This document shows positions 53,274 through 64,000 of a DNA stretch of 64,000 nt, in pieces. A model generated the notes under the pieces. It was not told where the DNA came from. It saw only the letters and a list, made by a program, of their open reading frames with translations, and ran no database searches. The DNA is from Takakia lepidozioides (lineage: Eukaryota > Plantae > Bryophyta), in NCBI GenBank assembly GCA_030704615.1, contig CM060731.1:55986001-56050000 (forward strand). The letters run 5' to 3'. Numbering within the stretch: position 1 is the first letter of the stretch; each line of letters starts with the position of its first letter. A program made the translations under genes and the position numbers.

Positions 53274-53432
53274 ACTGAAGGCAAAGCAATTCCTGTAAGA
53301 CCTCAGGAACTGACGTATACGTCATCTCTTTCCTCCAGTGACAATGGGTCCAATGTCAGGCTCTCAATTGTCCTCCGTAACTGCAACCTTAAGTCCAGTG
53401 GGCTTAGAGGTAGAGGACGCGTCCAGTGGTTG

Positions 53433-55727
53433 TTATGTTGCAACCTCTTGAACAGTACTCCCTACCTGCTCAGTGAGTGACAAGGCCTCATCCTGCCCCA
53501 TCATCTCATCCTCAAGGACTTCCTCCACCCGAGAAAAATCCCCAACCTCATCTATCACCGCCACCTTGGCTGCCAACTCCCTCTGAACCTCGAGCACCTC
53601 CCACGTGTGCCATGGATGCCTGCACCCCGTGGTCCTCACATGCTCGCCCCCACTCACTGCCTGTACCGTCTCGGTAGGCAGAGAGACCATCGAGGGAAGT
53701 GTACTCCGCACTCTGCGTTGCTCAGCCATAGCCAAGCTGATAATCCAGGTCAAGCAATTGAGATCCATTGCTTGCCCCAACACCTGACGACGTGATGCCT
53801 CAGAAAGAGACGACACCGCCATGGTACCAGTGGTAAAACCCATTGCCCGCTCACGCTCGTCAGCATTAGGCTCCACTAACTGCTGCAACTGAGCATCCCA
53901 CAGGAGGCCAGGTCCACTATCCCGGAAAACATGCGATCCTGGGAAGCTGAGCAGTGTAGGTAATGCTGCTCGTGGTTGACCCACCTTGTTGACCACTGCC
54001 AAAGGCGAACAGTCATCGTGTCTCACATGCTGAGACTGCCTCCCTGTGTCCAGAATGCTATCCACTGTGAGATGTGCTGGCCGTTGCACCCCATCAAATG
54101 CACGCTTGAGCAGTGCGGGTGGCATCAAGTTAGTCCACCATAGCCGTGGACGATGAGCCCGTGACCCCACTGTAGCTGCATCTAGCAACACTGCTGACCC
54201 AAGCCACGACCGGACTTGATGCACACTGGCCATCACCCTGGCCCGAGAATCGCCCATCAGTGGCACATTCTCCAAGATGTATGCTGGAGATACAGCTTGA
54301 TGAAGCTGCAAGTGGCGCAAAACTCGCATCATCTCCCAAAACAGACCCGACCTCGAGTCTCGCAATCCATTGCCATGCCCGACTGATGAATGCCCTTGGC
54401 AGGGCCAACCTGCCACTACCAGATCAATGGAGCCAACGTGCTCCAAATCCTGCGCCCCCAGCAACAAAATGTCTGCTGCCAAGGCTTGCTGATATCCACG
54501 AACTGCAGACACTGGCAACAACTCAGGGTACCGCTGCACCAACTGAGCAACATGACGAAGTGAAACGCGTCGTGCAGTCTCATCCCTCTCCACATACAGG
54601 TAACGCCGAACTCGTACGCCTGCCTGTAACACAACAGCCAATCCGGTGCTGATCCCGCCAAACAAGTCCAGAAGACAAATGCCTTCATCCGGATACTGCC
54701 ACACAATAGGTGTGGTGTCCAATGGAGACAACTGAGGTGGTCCTGGTGTAATCCCCACACTCTCTTCCTCTCTTGACGGTACAAAAGCCTCCACCCAGGC
54801 TTGTTGCACCCGTCGATCAGCATCCCGCTGCAAATCCTTGCTTGTGCCCCACAATGGAGTCTGAGCAACCATGGTAGGCAACTCCACCATACCATACATG
54901 TCATCCTGCTCTCCCAGAGGTGGCACATCCTCTGAATGAGCGTTGCCCTCAAACAACTCTCCAGGCCAACTCACTGCCGCTGTGAATGCTGCTAGTGTCG
55001 GCATCTTGCCTCGCTGGGCAACCGCAACTCCTCCTATGAACGTCACAGGGAGCTGCGCATGCCGGCCCTCCCCTGACTGCCATCCAGGCCTATAAGAAGC
55101 TGACTCCTCCCAAAAATCCAGGGTGAAGCCCATGAGGTACAACACTACCCCACCAACCAAGACATCGTACGAGACCGCGTCTGTCACAATGGCCTTGGCT
55201 CGCATCACTGAGCCATCTGTAGGGTGATCCGGCCGTAGTTTGATAGCCAACTCACGCCGTGTCATGCCCCGAGCCTGCTCCGATCCTCCCAGAGACATCT
55301 GTATCTGGAAAGGACAAGACTCCATATCCGCCTCCGTGAGGCCCAAGCCTACAATAGCAGCTCTGCCTAGCATCAATGGCTGAGCTCCTGAGTCCAACAA
55401 GACCCGCAGTGGCCGGTACCTCTTGCCTGCCGGTCCACTCAAACAGAAAATGCCATCCTGGTTGTCTAACATAACAACTCCAGGTGTCACCATGGCACGC
55501 TCAATGGCTGGCCTAGCTGGCAGCTCCATCAACCTAGTAGCTGCAGCTTGCCATGGCGCCGCCGTGGCAGTCTTGACCCTCACATCCGAGGATCCCTTCG
55601 GCACTACACCTCCCACTATCTCCGCAGAAGATGAAGTAACCTCCCCACTCTCACAGAGTGTAGCTGCCAGCCTGAACACCTCAGCTGGTCTTACCCCCGG
55701 CGTCGCAATCATGGTAGCCGAGAACAA
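53433..55727 (-). CDS. Pol segment: retropepsin protease fused in frame to a DNMT3-like cytosine-5 DNA methyltransferase domain (~53741-54680)
   Basis: Protease motif VLLDSGA. MTase motifs: I LDLFGGISTG, II YVERD, IV DLVVAGWPCQGHS, V RSGLF, VI YILENV, VIII AHRPRLWWTN, IX ERERAMGF, X RRQVLGQAM. Confidence 0.9.
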   Translation of the reverse strand: MFSATMIATPGVRPAEVFRLAATLCESGEVTSSSAEIVGGVVPKGSSDVRVKTATAAPWQAAATRLMELPARPAIERAMVTPGVVMLDNQDGIFCLSGPAGKRYRPLRVLLDSGAQPLMLGRAAIVGLGLTEADMESCPFQIQMSLGGSEQARGMTRRELAIKLRPDHPTDGSVMRAKAIVTDAVSYDVLVGGVVLYLMGFTLDFWEESASYRPGWQSGEGRHAQLPVTFIGGVAVAQRGKMPTLAAFTAAVSWPGELFEGNAHSEDVPPLGEQDDMYGMVELPTMVAQTPLWGTSKDLQRDADRRVQQAWVEAFVPSREEESVGITPGPPQLSPLDTTPIVWQYPDEGICLLDLFGGISTGLAVVLQAGVRVRRYLYVERDETARRVSLRHVAQLVQRYPELLPVSAVRGYQQALAADILLLGAQDLEHVGSIDLVVAGWPCQGHSSVGHGNGLRDSRSGLFWEMMRVLRHLQLHQAVSPAYILENVPLMGDSRARVMASVHQVRSWLGSAVLLDAATVGSRAHRPRLWWTNLMPPALLKRAFDGVQRPAHLTVDSILDTGRQSQHVRHDDCSPLAVVNKVGQPRAALPTLLSFPGSHVFRDSGPGLLWDAQLQQLVEPNADERERAMGFTTGTMAVSSLSEASRRQVLGQAMDLNCLTWIISLAMAEQRRVRSTLPSMVSLPTETVQAVSGGEHVRTTGCRHPWHTWEVLEVQRELAAKVAVIDEVGDFSRVEEVLEDEMMGQDEALSLTEQVGSTVQEVAT

Positions 55728-56045
55728 TGGAGCCTAGCACACAGCTGCGGCCACCCCCAGCAGCACACTAGCTGCCGTAGCCTTGGCAACACTAGGTAAT
55801 GGTGCTGCCCGTGTAGCTCTCCCTAATGGCATAGTAACCTCCGCCTCGGTAACAGTCGGGCGAGAACTAGGTGCCATGGACGGCGTCGACACTGTCTCCG
55901 CCAATGTGAATGACTAAGGAAGCCTGGCCTGATGGCTTGCCTCCCCATGCTGTGGATCCAACTCCACCTTTGCACCTCGTGGCTCAGGAACTTGTGCTGC
56001 TCCTCGAGTCACTGCCGCAGCTGACTCCACTTGCACTAGTGGTAG

Positions 56046-57480
56046 TCATGCCCCGCACCTAGTGGTAGTGGTAGTGGCACCCCTCACTAGTGGTAGTGCT
56101 GCCCCGCACATGAATCCCATGCCTCCCAAGTCTCCTCCTTCAGGAACAGGAGGTGGACCATCCGGCCTTGGAGCCGGTACCACCTGAGCTATGGCCATGG
56201 CAGCGAGCCTCTGCTCTAGTTGCTGAAGCCGGTTGGCCATGCCTTGGTCACCACCCTGACCTCCTCATCATTGGCCATGTTGAGCTTGCCCTTGGCCTGC
56301 ACCTCGTGCCTGGCCACCTCGTCCTCTCTGGGCTGCTCCACCTCGCCCCCGGCCACCATTGTTCCTTTGGAACTGGCCTGGGCGCAACTTAGGATGCAAA
56401 CCATAGCACTGGGCTTCTCCATGCCCGTACTTGCCACAATGCCCACACTGCAACTGTGCAGGCTCTGCATGTGCAGCCTTTTGCCTCCCTCTGGGCAATC
56501 CTTCTTGACATGGGGTCCTCCACATGTCCAACATACCACATCCGCCCGTTGTTGGCCAGCAAATGAAGGGAGAGACCCCTGCATCTGAGGTCCTCTCTGC
56601 CCTTCCCTGAGCTTCACCCAAGCCCCCTTGTTGCTTTGAGCATGTTGAGGTAGTGGTTGGCTAGGAGCACCACTACCCTGTGGTGTCTCCTTCGCAAATC
56701 CCACCATGACCACTCGTTCCTCCACCATGTTGAGCTCTATCCGCTCTGCCAGCAAAAACACATTTGCTAAGGTGGGTTGGGCCGCTTGTAGGAGAGTTGC
56801 ATCCCGCAACCTTCTCCTCAGCTCCTTGTCCAATATCCCATACCAGAATTGGACTGCCTGAGCTTCCGTAACCCTTTCGGTTATATTTATCAAGCGCCTC
56901 ATGCGAGTGAAAGCCTCCCTCAAGCTCTCGGTCGGCTTTCGTTGGAACTCTTGCAAGCTCCCCTTGGTAGTTCCCTCTCAACTCTTCAAAGAACTCCACA
57001 ACAGGGTTGAAGGCAAGCACGGGTACTGGTGCTGGTGCGGTAGTGGCTTGGGTGGACGTCATAGCTACGGTACCACCAGTCCTACTAGTCCCACTGCTGC
57101 TTGCTGAAGCTACCGGTGCAGCGGCAGGTGTAGCCACTGCCCTCGTGGCTCTAGTGCCCCTAGTGATGGAGACATAGTCGGGTGACCAGTACATCCTCCA
57201 CTCCTCGATCTCAACCTCATGCCCCCGCCTGAACTCATGGTAATCATCCATAGGCGGCCCCTCAAGATGCTGAAACAACCCCTTCCATGCCATGAAAAGC
57301 GTAAATAGTTGTGGATTGCGCATTTGCTGCAAATCACACCAACTATCAAACTCTTGGATAAAATCATCCAACTCGATGGTGCCCACCGCCCTAGAGTACC
57401 TTCGTGGCCCCTTGGTAGCTCCATACATCTCCTCCATTGTGTCCCACAACAATGGCAAGGAAACAACTTGCACCGCCAGT
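56046..57480 (-). pseudogene. Ty3/gypsy gag with two zinc knuckles (frameshifted)
   Basis: LDDFIQEFDSWC, QEFQRKPTESLREAF, CWTCGGPHVKKDC and CGHCGKYGHGEAQC. Confidence 0.75.
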
Positions 57481-58129
57481 ATGAGTCCTCCTGATTCACA
57501 ATCCGAATCAGAACCTTCTGTAGAAGACATAGGAGATGAAGGTGGCCTAAACCGCACACCTCGTCTTGTGCTTGTATTCTTCTTCTTTATCACTCGAGAA
57601 AGATGAGCTCGTATCTGTGAGTGCCAGATACGAGTTAGTTGTAGCACTTGTGGTTTTTGCTTGAGAATGAGAGAAACCAGGTTGTTATGCAAGGAGCGCC
57701 GTGGAGCTCTTGGTTGTTAGAAGCGGAGGCGATGTGGGTTACGAGGTGGTAGACCTTGGCATTCAATCTTCAGCTTCAGAGATGAAAGCACCATGCTGCA
57801 GGATTGCAAGACCAAGCGAAAGGGCTGATTTGGCTTGGGGCAAATCAGTGCACTTTGTGGAGTATGTTGAGATTGGGTTTCAATCTCGAGCTTCAGCATT
57901 GAGAGGGCTCTTGTCATGGCAAGAGCAGGGCTAGAACAGGAGCTAAGAGGTGCGGCAAGGCCATGGAATGTGCACCTAGGGTTTCAGAGCTTGGAAGAAG
58001 AGCTCTTGCACCACAAGAGGAGTGTCTTGTGGCTGGAAATGTAAGCCTTAGGGTTTCAGGAGCTTGGCAAGGGCTGTGGAGTGCTTAGTCTTGTCTTAGA
58101 GAGCATCAAGGAGCTAAGGAGCCAAGATA

Positions 58130-58580
58130 GGGGGCTGATACCTCTTGTGTGAAGAGGTTGCATGTGTGGAGCATGTATTCAGCTCATTGAAGCTTCCATC
58201 TTCAAGCTTGGAGGGCAAGCAAGGAAGAGGGAAGGGCTGACTTCCCTTATGTGAGAGCAATGCATGTGTGGAGCATGCTTTCAGCCTGTTGAAGGCTTGT
58301 ACTTTTAGGTTTGGGAGTGTAAGAAAGGAAGGAAGGGGCTGGTTTCCCTGTAGGGCATGTGTGGAGCATGCTTCTAGCCCGCTGAAGCGTGTATTTTCAG
58401 GTTGGTGGGTGCAAGAAAGAAAACAAAGGGGCTGATTCTCTGGTGGTGAGAGTGGGGCATGTGTGGAGCATGCCTTCAGTCCATTGGGCTTTTGTTTTCA
58501 AGCTTTAAAGAACTAGAAGAGAAGGTAAGGGGCTGATCTGCTCTTATGTGACAGTCCGACACTTGTAGAGCATGTTCTGA
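58130..58580. repeat. ~100-bp tandem repeats (4-5 copies) upstream of gag
   Basis: gcatgtgtggagcatg at ~58160, 58262, 58355 and 58457. ggggctga also recurs. Confidence 0.8.
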
Positions 58581-58974
58581 GTTGGGGTTTCAACCTCAAG
58601 CCTAGATAGAGCATGGCTCTTGAAGTGGCAGGTGTAGGGGGCTAGAATAGGCTCTAAGATAGATGCTATGGCCAAGGGAAACGCTTGAATGAGTGCTCAC
58701 AAGGGCTGGAAACCAGCAAGGCTTGGTTGTTTGCCATTGAGTTTAGTGGCGTGTTTAGGGAGTCTAAGTGAGAAAGAAGGCTTAGTTTGTGGCAACCATC
58801 TTCCTCATGGCTTAGGGCTACTATTGGTGGTGTGTGGGAGCCAAAAGAGCAAGAATACCTTGCTGATTTCTTCACAGCTGCCATAGCTCGGTGCAAAGAA
58901 GCCTAGAGTCCAAGAGACACAAACCCTAGCTTGGCGTGGCTAAACCTCTTGGAGAAATGTCTAAACTGTCATGA

Positions 58975-59592
58975 GTGGCCTGTGGGGTTGTGACGGGCTG
59001 TGACACGCTGTGATGGGCTGTGGCGGGCTGTGACAGGCTGTGCCATGTGGCCTGTGGGGCTGTGACGGGCTGTGCCCAGTGGCCTGTGGGGCTGTGACAG
59101 GCTATGCCCAGTGGCCTGTGGGGCTGTGAGGGCTGTGACAGGCTGTGATGGGCTGTGATGGGCTGTGGCGGGCTGTGACAGGCTGTGCCCTGTGGCCTGT
59201 GGGGCTGTGACGGGCTGTGGTGGGCTGTGCCCTGTGGCCTATGGGGCTGTGATGGGCTGTGACGGGCTGTGCCCTATGGCCTGTGGGGCTGTGAGGGGCT
59301 ATGACAGGCTGTTCCCTGTGGCCCGTGGGGCTGTGACGGGCTGTGACAGGCTGTGCCTTGTGGCCTATGGGGCTGTGAGGGGCTATGATAGGTTGTGGCC
59401 TTTGGGGCTGTGACCCCTGTGACCTGTGTAGGGTTGTGACAGGCTGTGATGGGCTGTGAGGGGCTGTGACAGGCTATGCCATGTGGCCTGTGGGGCTGTG
59501 ACAGGCTGTGCCCTGTGGCCTGTGGGGCTGTGACGGGCTGTGACAGGTTGTGGCGAGCTGTGACAGGCTGTGATGGGCTGTGATGGGCTGTG
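58975..59592. repeat. 10-bp-unit minisatellite (GGGCTGTGAC / GGCCTGTGGG variants)
   Basis: Directly visible over ~600 bp. Confidence 0.9.
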
Positions 59593-60159
59593 GCCACTAG
59601 TATCGCTAGTGCTCGAACCGGCACTGTCCCCAGCAACTAGTGGCACCTCCGTGTTGACACTCAACCGGTCATGAACATGTCCCTAACCCCCTCTCCACAA
59701 GGTAAACCTTCCATTGTACATCAACACACATACAGCCAACAGGCCATTGCAAAGGTGCACACTTCATAGACCCTGAGGAAGACCAGCCATTCGTCATACA
59801 TACAAGTAACTATGAAGGTCTCAATTCAGGAAAGAACAGATATTAACCTTGTCTTTCCATTGTGGCTGCCGTGATTTCAGTGGCCTTCTTACTAGGCCGC
59901 GATCCTCCATCACCCTCTTATCTTCGCTCCAACTCTGATGTTCTAATCAGCTTGCATACACAACACCGCTAAAAAGGAACGAGACAGACAAACACTTTGA
60001 TCTCTTCCACCCGGAGTCGCTGCACACGACAAAAATCAAACCCCTTAGCAAACCCTTTTGGCAGCAAAGGGAGCTGACAAGTGGCAACTCCCGCAACCAT
60101 ACAGAAGCATTCGTGTTGACATCCATCAAAACTTAAGGATGAGCTTGGTCTGTCATTTC

Positions 60160-60310
60160 AGGGATCTAGGGAATCCTGTGGAGCGCAAGCGGGATAGCAG
60201 CTCCAGCGAACTTTTTGACCAGTTTGGCAACATGATGTTCAAAGATGGCTACTTATTCAAGACAGTATCGCTGAAGGCAATTCTCGGAATTGAGCCCTCA
60301 CTTGATGAAC
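60160..60310 (+). pseudogene. Fragment resembling transcription elongation factor SPT5 / SPT5-like (KOW1 region)
   Basis: VERKRDSSSSELFDQFGNMMFKDGYLFKTVSLKAI..PSLDE resembles the plant SPT5 segment as I recall it (VERRRD..F..GMxFKDGFLYKTVSxKSI..PTFDE). Confidence 0.55.
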
Positions 60311-61111
60311 CGCACCAAGTCTTTGTCACCAAACAAGGGTTCAAACCTGCCCAGAAGTGAACTCAGACCCAACTTTAGAAAAACGGGAAGCTTCAATGTT
60401 ACCTCGACAATATCATAGCCCAATTCCTGGCTCATCATTTTGCCAGGTGTCCCATGAGCTTCCCCTTTCCTGCAAACTTCTTTAATCCCTGTGTACTCAC
60501 TCAGCTTTTTCAACTGATTGAAAGGACTTGGTTGCGGCCTTCGTCATAGTAAGATAGTCGCACCGAGTCTTCGGGGAGCCGACCGTCGCCAACAGCCAAC
60601 CCCTCATAAATCTGGCGCGAACCGTAATGCGGCACCGCATTTCCCAGTTGAGTTGCAAACCTTTCCCGCCGAATGTAAGAAGAAAACAGAATTTTGAAGT
60701 ACCAGACTCTATTGGTGCATGGGGATCATACAATTGCGGCAGAAGGGTCAGCTTCATTCCAATGTTAAGGCATATAAAACCGCGGAATACTCTATACAGG
60801 CCAGTTGCGGCGTCTTTTTGCTATGGTATATTGGATTTCTCGTTGCACGATCAGTCTTTTCCATGAGCGGATCTAAAAAACCATGAGCGGTATTGTTACT
60901 GACGACATATCTTGGCCGCATTAGAGGATCTGGAACTTCCAAAAACGGCAAGGTCAAATTAAAAACTATTATTTTAATAAAATTTTAATCTGCCGCATTT
61001 CCAAATTTGGAGGGGTCCGCTCATGAAAACCGCGTGTCTTAGACTTCGGCTCACCGTTCATGCGGCTCATGGCTCATGGCTCATGGTTTCTGCTCATGAA
61101 ATAGTAAACCT

Positions 61112-61345
61112 CAGCATCCATGATGCTCCCGCACATATCATACATGTCGCAAGGGTGGTGAGTAAGAAAATCGTAGGGATCCGCTTTGGATGATGTGAGT
61201 GTGCACCTGCTTTCCGAGCCTTTTATCCTGATGCATTAAAGCAAAAGACAAACATACGTATGTGGATATGTTGCAATGCCTCATTGGTTCAAAATTAGAA
61301 GAGCCTCTTCCAGTCTGTCTGCCTCACGAAGCATCTTCACATGCC
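61112..61345 (-). pseudogene. Degenerate copy of the N-terminal part of the PPR gene
   Basis: Matches 3120-3360 (gatgctcccgcac, tgagtgtgcacctgctttcc, agagcctctt..cagtc, gcctcac..agcatc). Confidence 0.65.
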
Positions 61346-61759
61346 AAGAATGGGTGCCGACAAGCTGTGCTCACGACGTAGCCACATTCCCATGCAAGGG
61401 TTGGTATGTTAATAACGTCTAAATGGATGCAATGGATAGAAAGGATGGATACAATGGATGTAACACATCCAGTCTGCATTGCCTGGAAAGGGCTGATCAA
61501 CCCGCGGTAATAGGTGCCACCCGCGGTAATAGGCCCTGCATGTTCGCTCAGGCATGCTGACGTGGTGTGAGCTTGTGCTGGGCTCACGGTGTAGCAACCC
61601 CCCAAAATGAAGCAGATCCTGGCTGCTGGGCAAATTAGCTGGCGGAGAGGGCCCATCCAGTAGGTGGAACAACACATAGGCATCAGTCAACTCACATGGG
61701 AGTTAGCAGACCAACTTTGAATTGGATTCGGCAGCCAGCAAATCATCAAAGAGTAACAT

Positions 61760-62300
61760 ATGGATTAGGCGGTTTAGATTCAGCATGTGTCAATGCATCA
61801 GCATTGACATTGTCCTTGTCTTTCTTGTAAGCAATAGGGTAATCAAAGGCTTGAAACAAAAGTGCCTAGCAAGCGAGCCTGCCAGTTAATTCTCTTGGGG
61901 TTAGCAAGGCTTTTAGAGGTAAGTGATCAGTTTCAACTACGAAAGGACATCCATGGAGATATTGTCTGAAATACTTAACCCCAAACACGACAGCCAAGCC
62001 TTCCTTGACGCTGATAGAGTAGTTTCTTTTGTGTTTGTCTAGGCGCCGAGAGGCATAAGCCGTGCTGCATGCTCCTGTCCACAGTGCCAAACTTGGCTGT
62101 GATAGCAGCTTGAAAGTCAAGCCAATTATCTGGTCGTGGGTTCAGTTTATGAAACCACTCATCAACTTTAGACTTGAGATTCAACCTAGCCACCTTGAAC
62201 ATCTTATCAGGTGTTAAGTCTTGAACATCACCAAGCATTTTTGGATCCTATCTACCCAATCATTCATATCCTCATTTTCCTTACCAAAGAAAGGAGCATC
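61760..62300 (-). mobile_element. Deleted Ty3/gypsy remnant (gag fused to RNase H)
   Basis: AYASRRLD..NYSISVKEGLAVVFGVKYFRQYLHG..ETDHLPLK, plus gag-like WFHKL..WLDFQAAITAKF. Confidence 0.65.
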
Positions 62301-62637
62301 AACACTAGCAAGATTAGTCATGATTGTTTCTTTAATGACATAATTCCTTGATCATTGCCAGACCCAAAATTGCACTATCATCAACATGCAGCAAACAAAA
62401 ACAACCCTAATTTTGTTCTCTCTACCACTCCCACTGTCCGTTTTTCAGCATCTCAACGTTTCCACCCCAAGTTACCTCTGTAGCCATTGTATTCACCTTA
62501 ACCCACCTGACATTCTCCCTAATCCACAGTGCCATGGTGCTTCGTCCTCTCGGATGAAAGACTTTAAAGTAATGGTCCCTATCATACAAACGTCAGGTTG
62601 GATTGAAGAAATACAATCTAGGATCGGGATGAATAGC

Positions 62638-64000
62638 TGTCGTGCGCATACGTATCGCTACACAACTACATCGCTGTCCAAACCACACCACACATATATG
62701 CACAATAAAGTAGTCTGCCACAATCGCCCCCCTAGCTGGTGGATAGGTCCCTCTAACTCCAGATAGCTACAAGATGTAATAGCCACAGCCGTACTAAGTC
62801 CTCTATCACTGTCCCTATTGTACTCAAATTCTATATACCAAAAGGCCAGGTACAAGAGTAGCCCCATCGTTAGTCGCCGTCTTGCAATCTGTGAACTTGA
62901 GCCAAGATCTCGTGTGTTCAAGGTCTCCTAATAGCTTGGCCTTGCATTTCTTGTTAGCCTTCCATGGTTGTATCCACTCCCACTATCCAATGCAATGCGG
63001 ACATAACCAATCCCCATCAGGAACCATCTCAAGAGGTGGAGTCAAACATCCCATATGCCAACCTCTAGAGCATCGATCACACACCAGCATGGTGGCTGCC
63101 CCTCTAGCAGACCCACACAACATGCACCTCAAACTTGCAGGTACCACTGCCAGGTTTGGGTCAACCCTTCCATCAACATTTGGAAGGTGACATGGTGCGC
63201 AATTACGCACATGGTCCTTCCAAATCATGCCATCCCGACCCTCTAAGATCAGGACTCCTGAGGGCAACACCTCTCGAACCCTCAAAATAGTACGTTCTGC
63301 AGTCACATCCAAGGTCGTAGGAGCAGTCTACTGCAGATAAACATAGTCACCAGGGTTAAATCTCCGAACCCCAGGACGATAGCTCCCACCACGTATGGTA
63401 GCATACCTCAACGTATCACGATGTTGTGCAATGGCAAGGTTCTCGAAAGCCATGGGCATGACTTTCTTGAACAACTCTGCACGTTGATCACATGCACGTG
63501 CCCACATGTCCGGATCATCAAGGTTGAGAACTGTAGCAGCTTCTCTATGAATGGATGCAGGCAAATCCGGCTCTCGGCCAAAGAGAAGAAAGTATGGTGA
63601 GAAGGAGACAAGTGATGCTTGCTTGTTGAACCTGCAGCCCATGGCTAACCAAGGTAACTGAAGGTCCCAATCTCCTAGGTGTCCCTTCTGCAAGCCATAC
63701 TTGTGCAAACCCCTCTTCACTGTCTGAACAACCCTCTCTGCCAAGCCATCGGCCTCAGGATGATCCCGAGAAGTGGTGCGGTGGTCTACCAAGGCTTTGT
63801 CACACAACGCCTGAAACTCCCCCAAGAACTCTCTCCCTTGGTCCGTGAGTACCTCAGCTGGAGCACCGAATCGGCTAAGTACACAATCCAAGAATGCATA
63901 CACAGCTCCCTCACTAGCCTTATCAGGCAATGGAACCAACTCGATCCACTTGGAAAAGTGCTCCACCATCACCAACACGTACTTGTTGTGGCGCATGGTC
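62638..64000 (-). mobile_element. Ty3/gypsy copy 2, 3' end: integrase, PHD finger, PPT and short 3' LTR (runs off the window)
   Basis: rve motifs VEHFSKW, TDQGREF and HPEADGLAER, then SPYFLLFGRE. PPT AGGGGGGCGAT lies immediately before TGTGGCAG...GCACGACA (62722-62638). Confidence 0.85.
62983..64000 (-). pseudogene. Integrase with C-terminal PHD finger (one premature stop at 63328)
   Basis: The integrase frame continues after a TAG into CMLC-x11-CDRC-x4-H-x2-C..PPLEMVPDGDWLCPHC (C4HC3). Confidence 0.85.

Larger units (their letters stand above)
52131..59659 (-). mobile_element. Ty3/gypsy retrotransposon copy 1: gag, protease, C5 DNA methyltransferase, RT; RNaseH and integrase deleted
   Basis: Domain order is read from the ORFs. 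The 3' end at 52131 (TGTCGTGCGCATAC on plus) matches copy 2 at 62638. The 5' boundary is uncertain and no TSD was found. Confidence 0.75.

Noticed and set aside
53741-54680. Bacterial restriction-modification MTase or contamination
   Set aside because: It is in frame with a retropepsin, lies between gag and RT, and is embedded in plant sequence.
58131-58146. tRNA-Met primer-binding-site-like AGAGGTATCAGCCCC (minus)
   Set aside because: It is one variant of the local ~100-bp repeat and is not adjacent to a copy of the LTR end.
59165-59664. Cys-rich or Ser/Pro/His-rich ORFs
   Set aside because: These are translations of the 10-bp minisatellite.

Overview
Repeat-rich eukaryotic nuclear DNA from a land plant, most likely a non-seed plant such as a bryophyte. 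That assignment is inferred from the PLS-DYW PPR genes and the transposon families. The one clearly intact host gene is an intronless PLS-class PPR-DYW C-to-U RNA-editing factor (341-3424, minus). Around it lie several rearranged PPR pseudogene copies (28.8-33.9 kb, 61.1-61.3 kb), a damaged intron-containing SDR/carbonyl-reductase gene and FCP1/NIF-like phosphatase remnants. The rest is nested transposons. One L1-type LINE is split by a ~12.9-kb hAT-encoding DNA element with an 8-9 bp target-site duplication, palindromic subterminal arrays, and kinase and RING-finger cargo. There is also a second degenerate LINE, a TTAA-flanked piggyBac-like non-autonomous element, and two Ty3/gypsy copies that share an LTR end. 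The most striking observation is in those Ty3/gypsy copies. One has a complete DNMT3-like cytosine-5 DNA methyltransferase domain in frame between protease and RT. The other has an integrase ending in a PHD finger. Together they suggest a retrotransposon family carrying both a DNA-methylation writer and a chromatin reader. All calls were made by eye from motifs; no searches were run.
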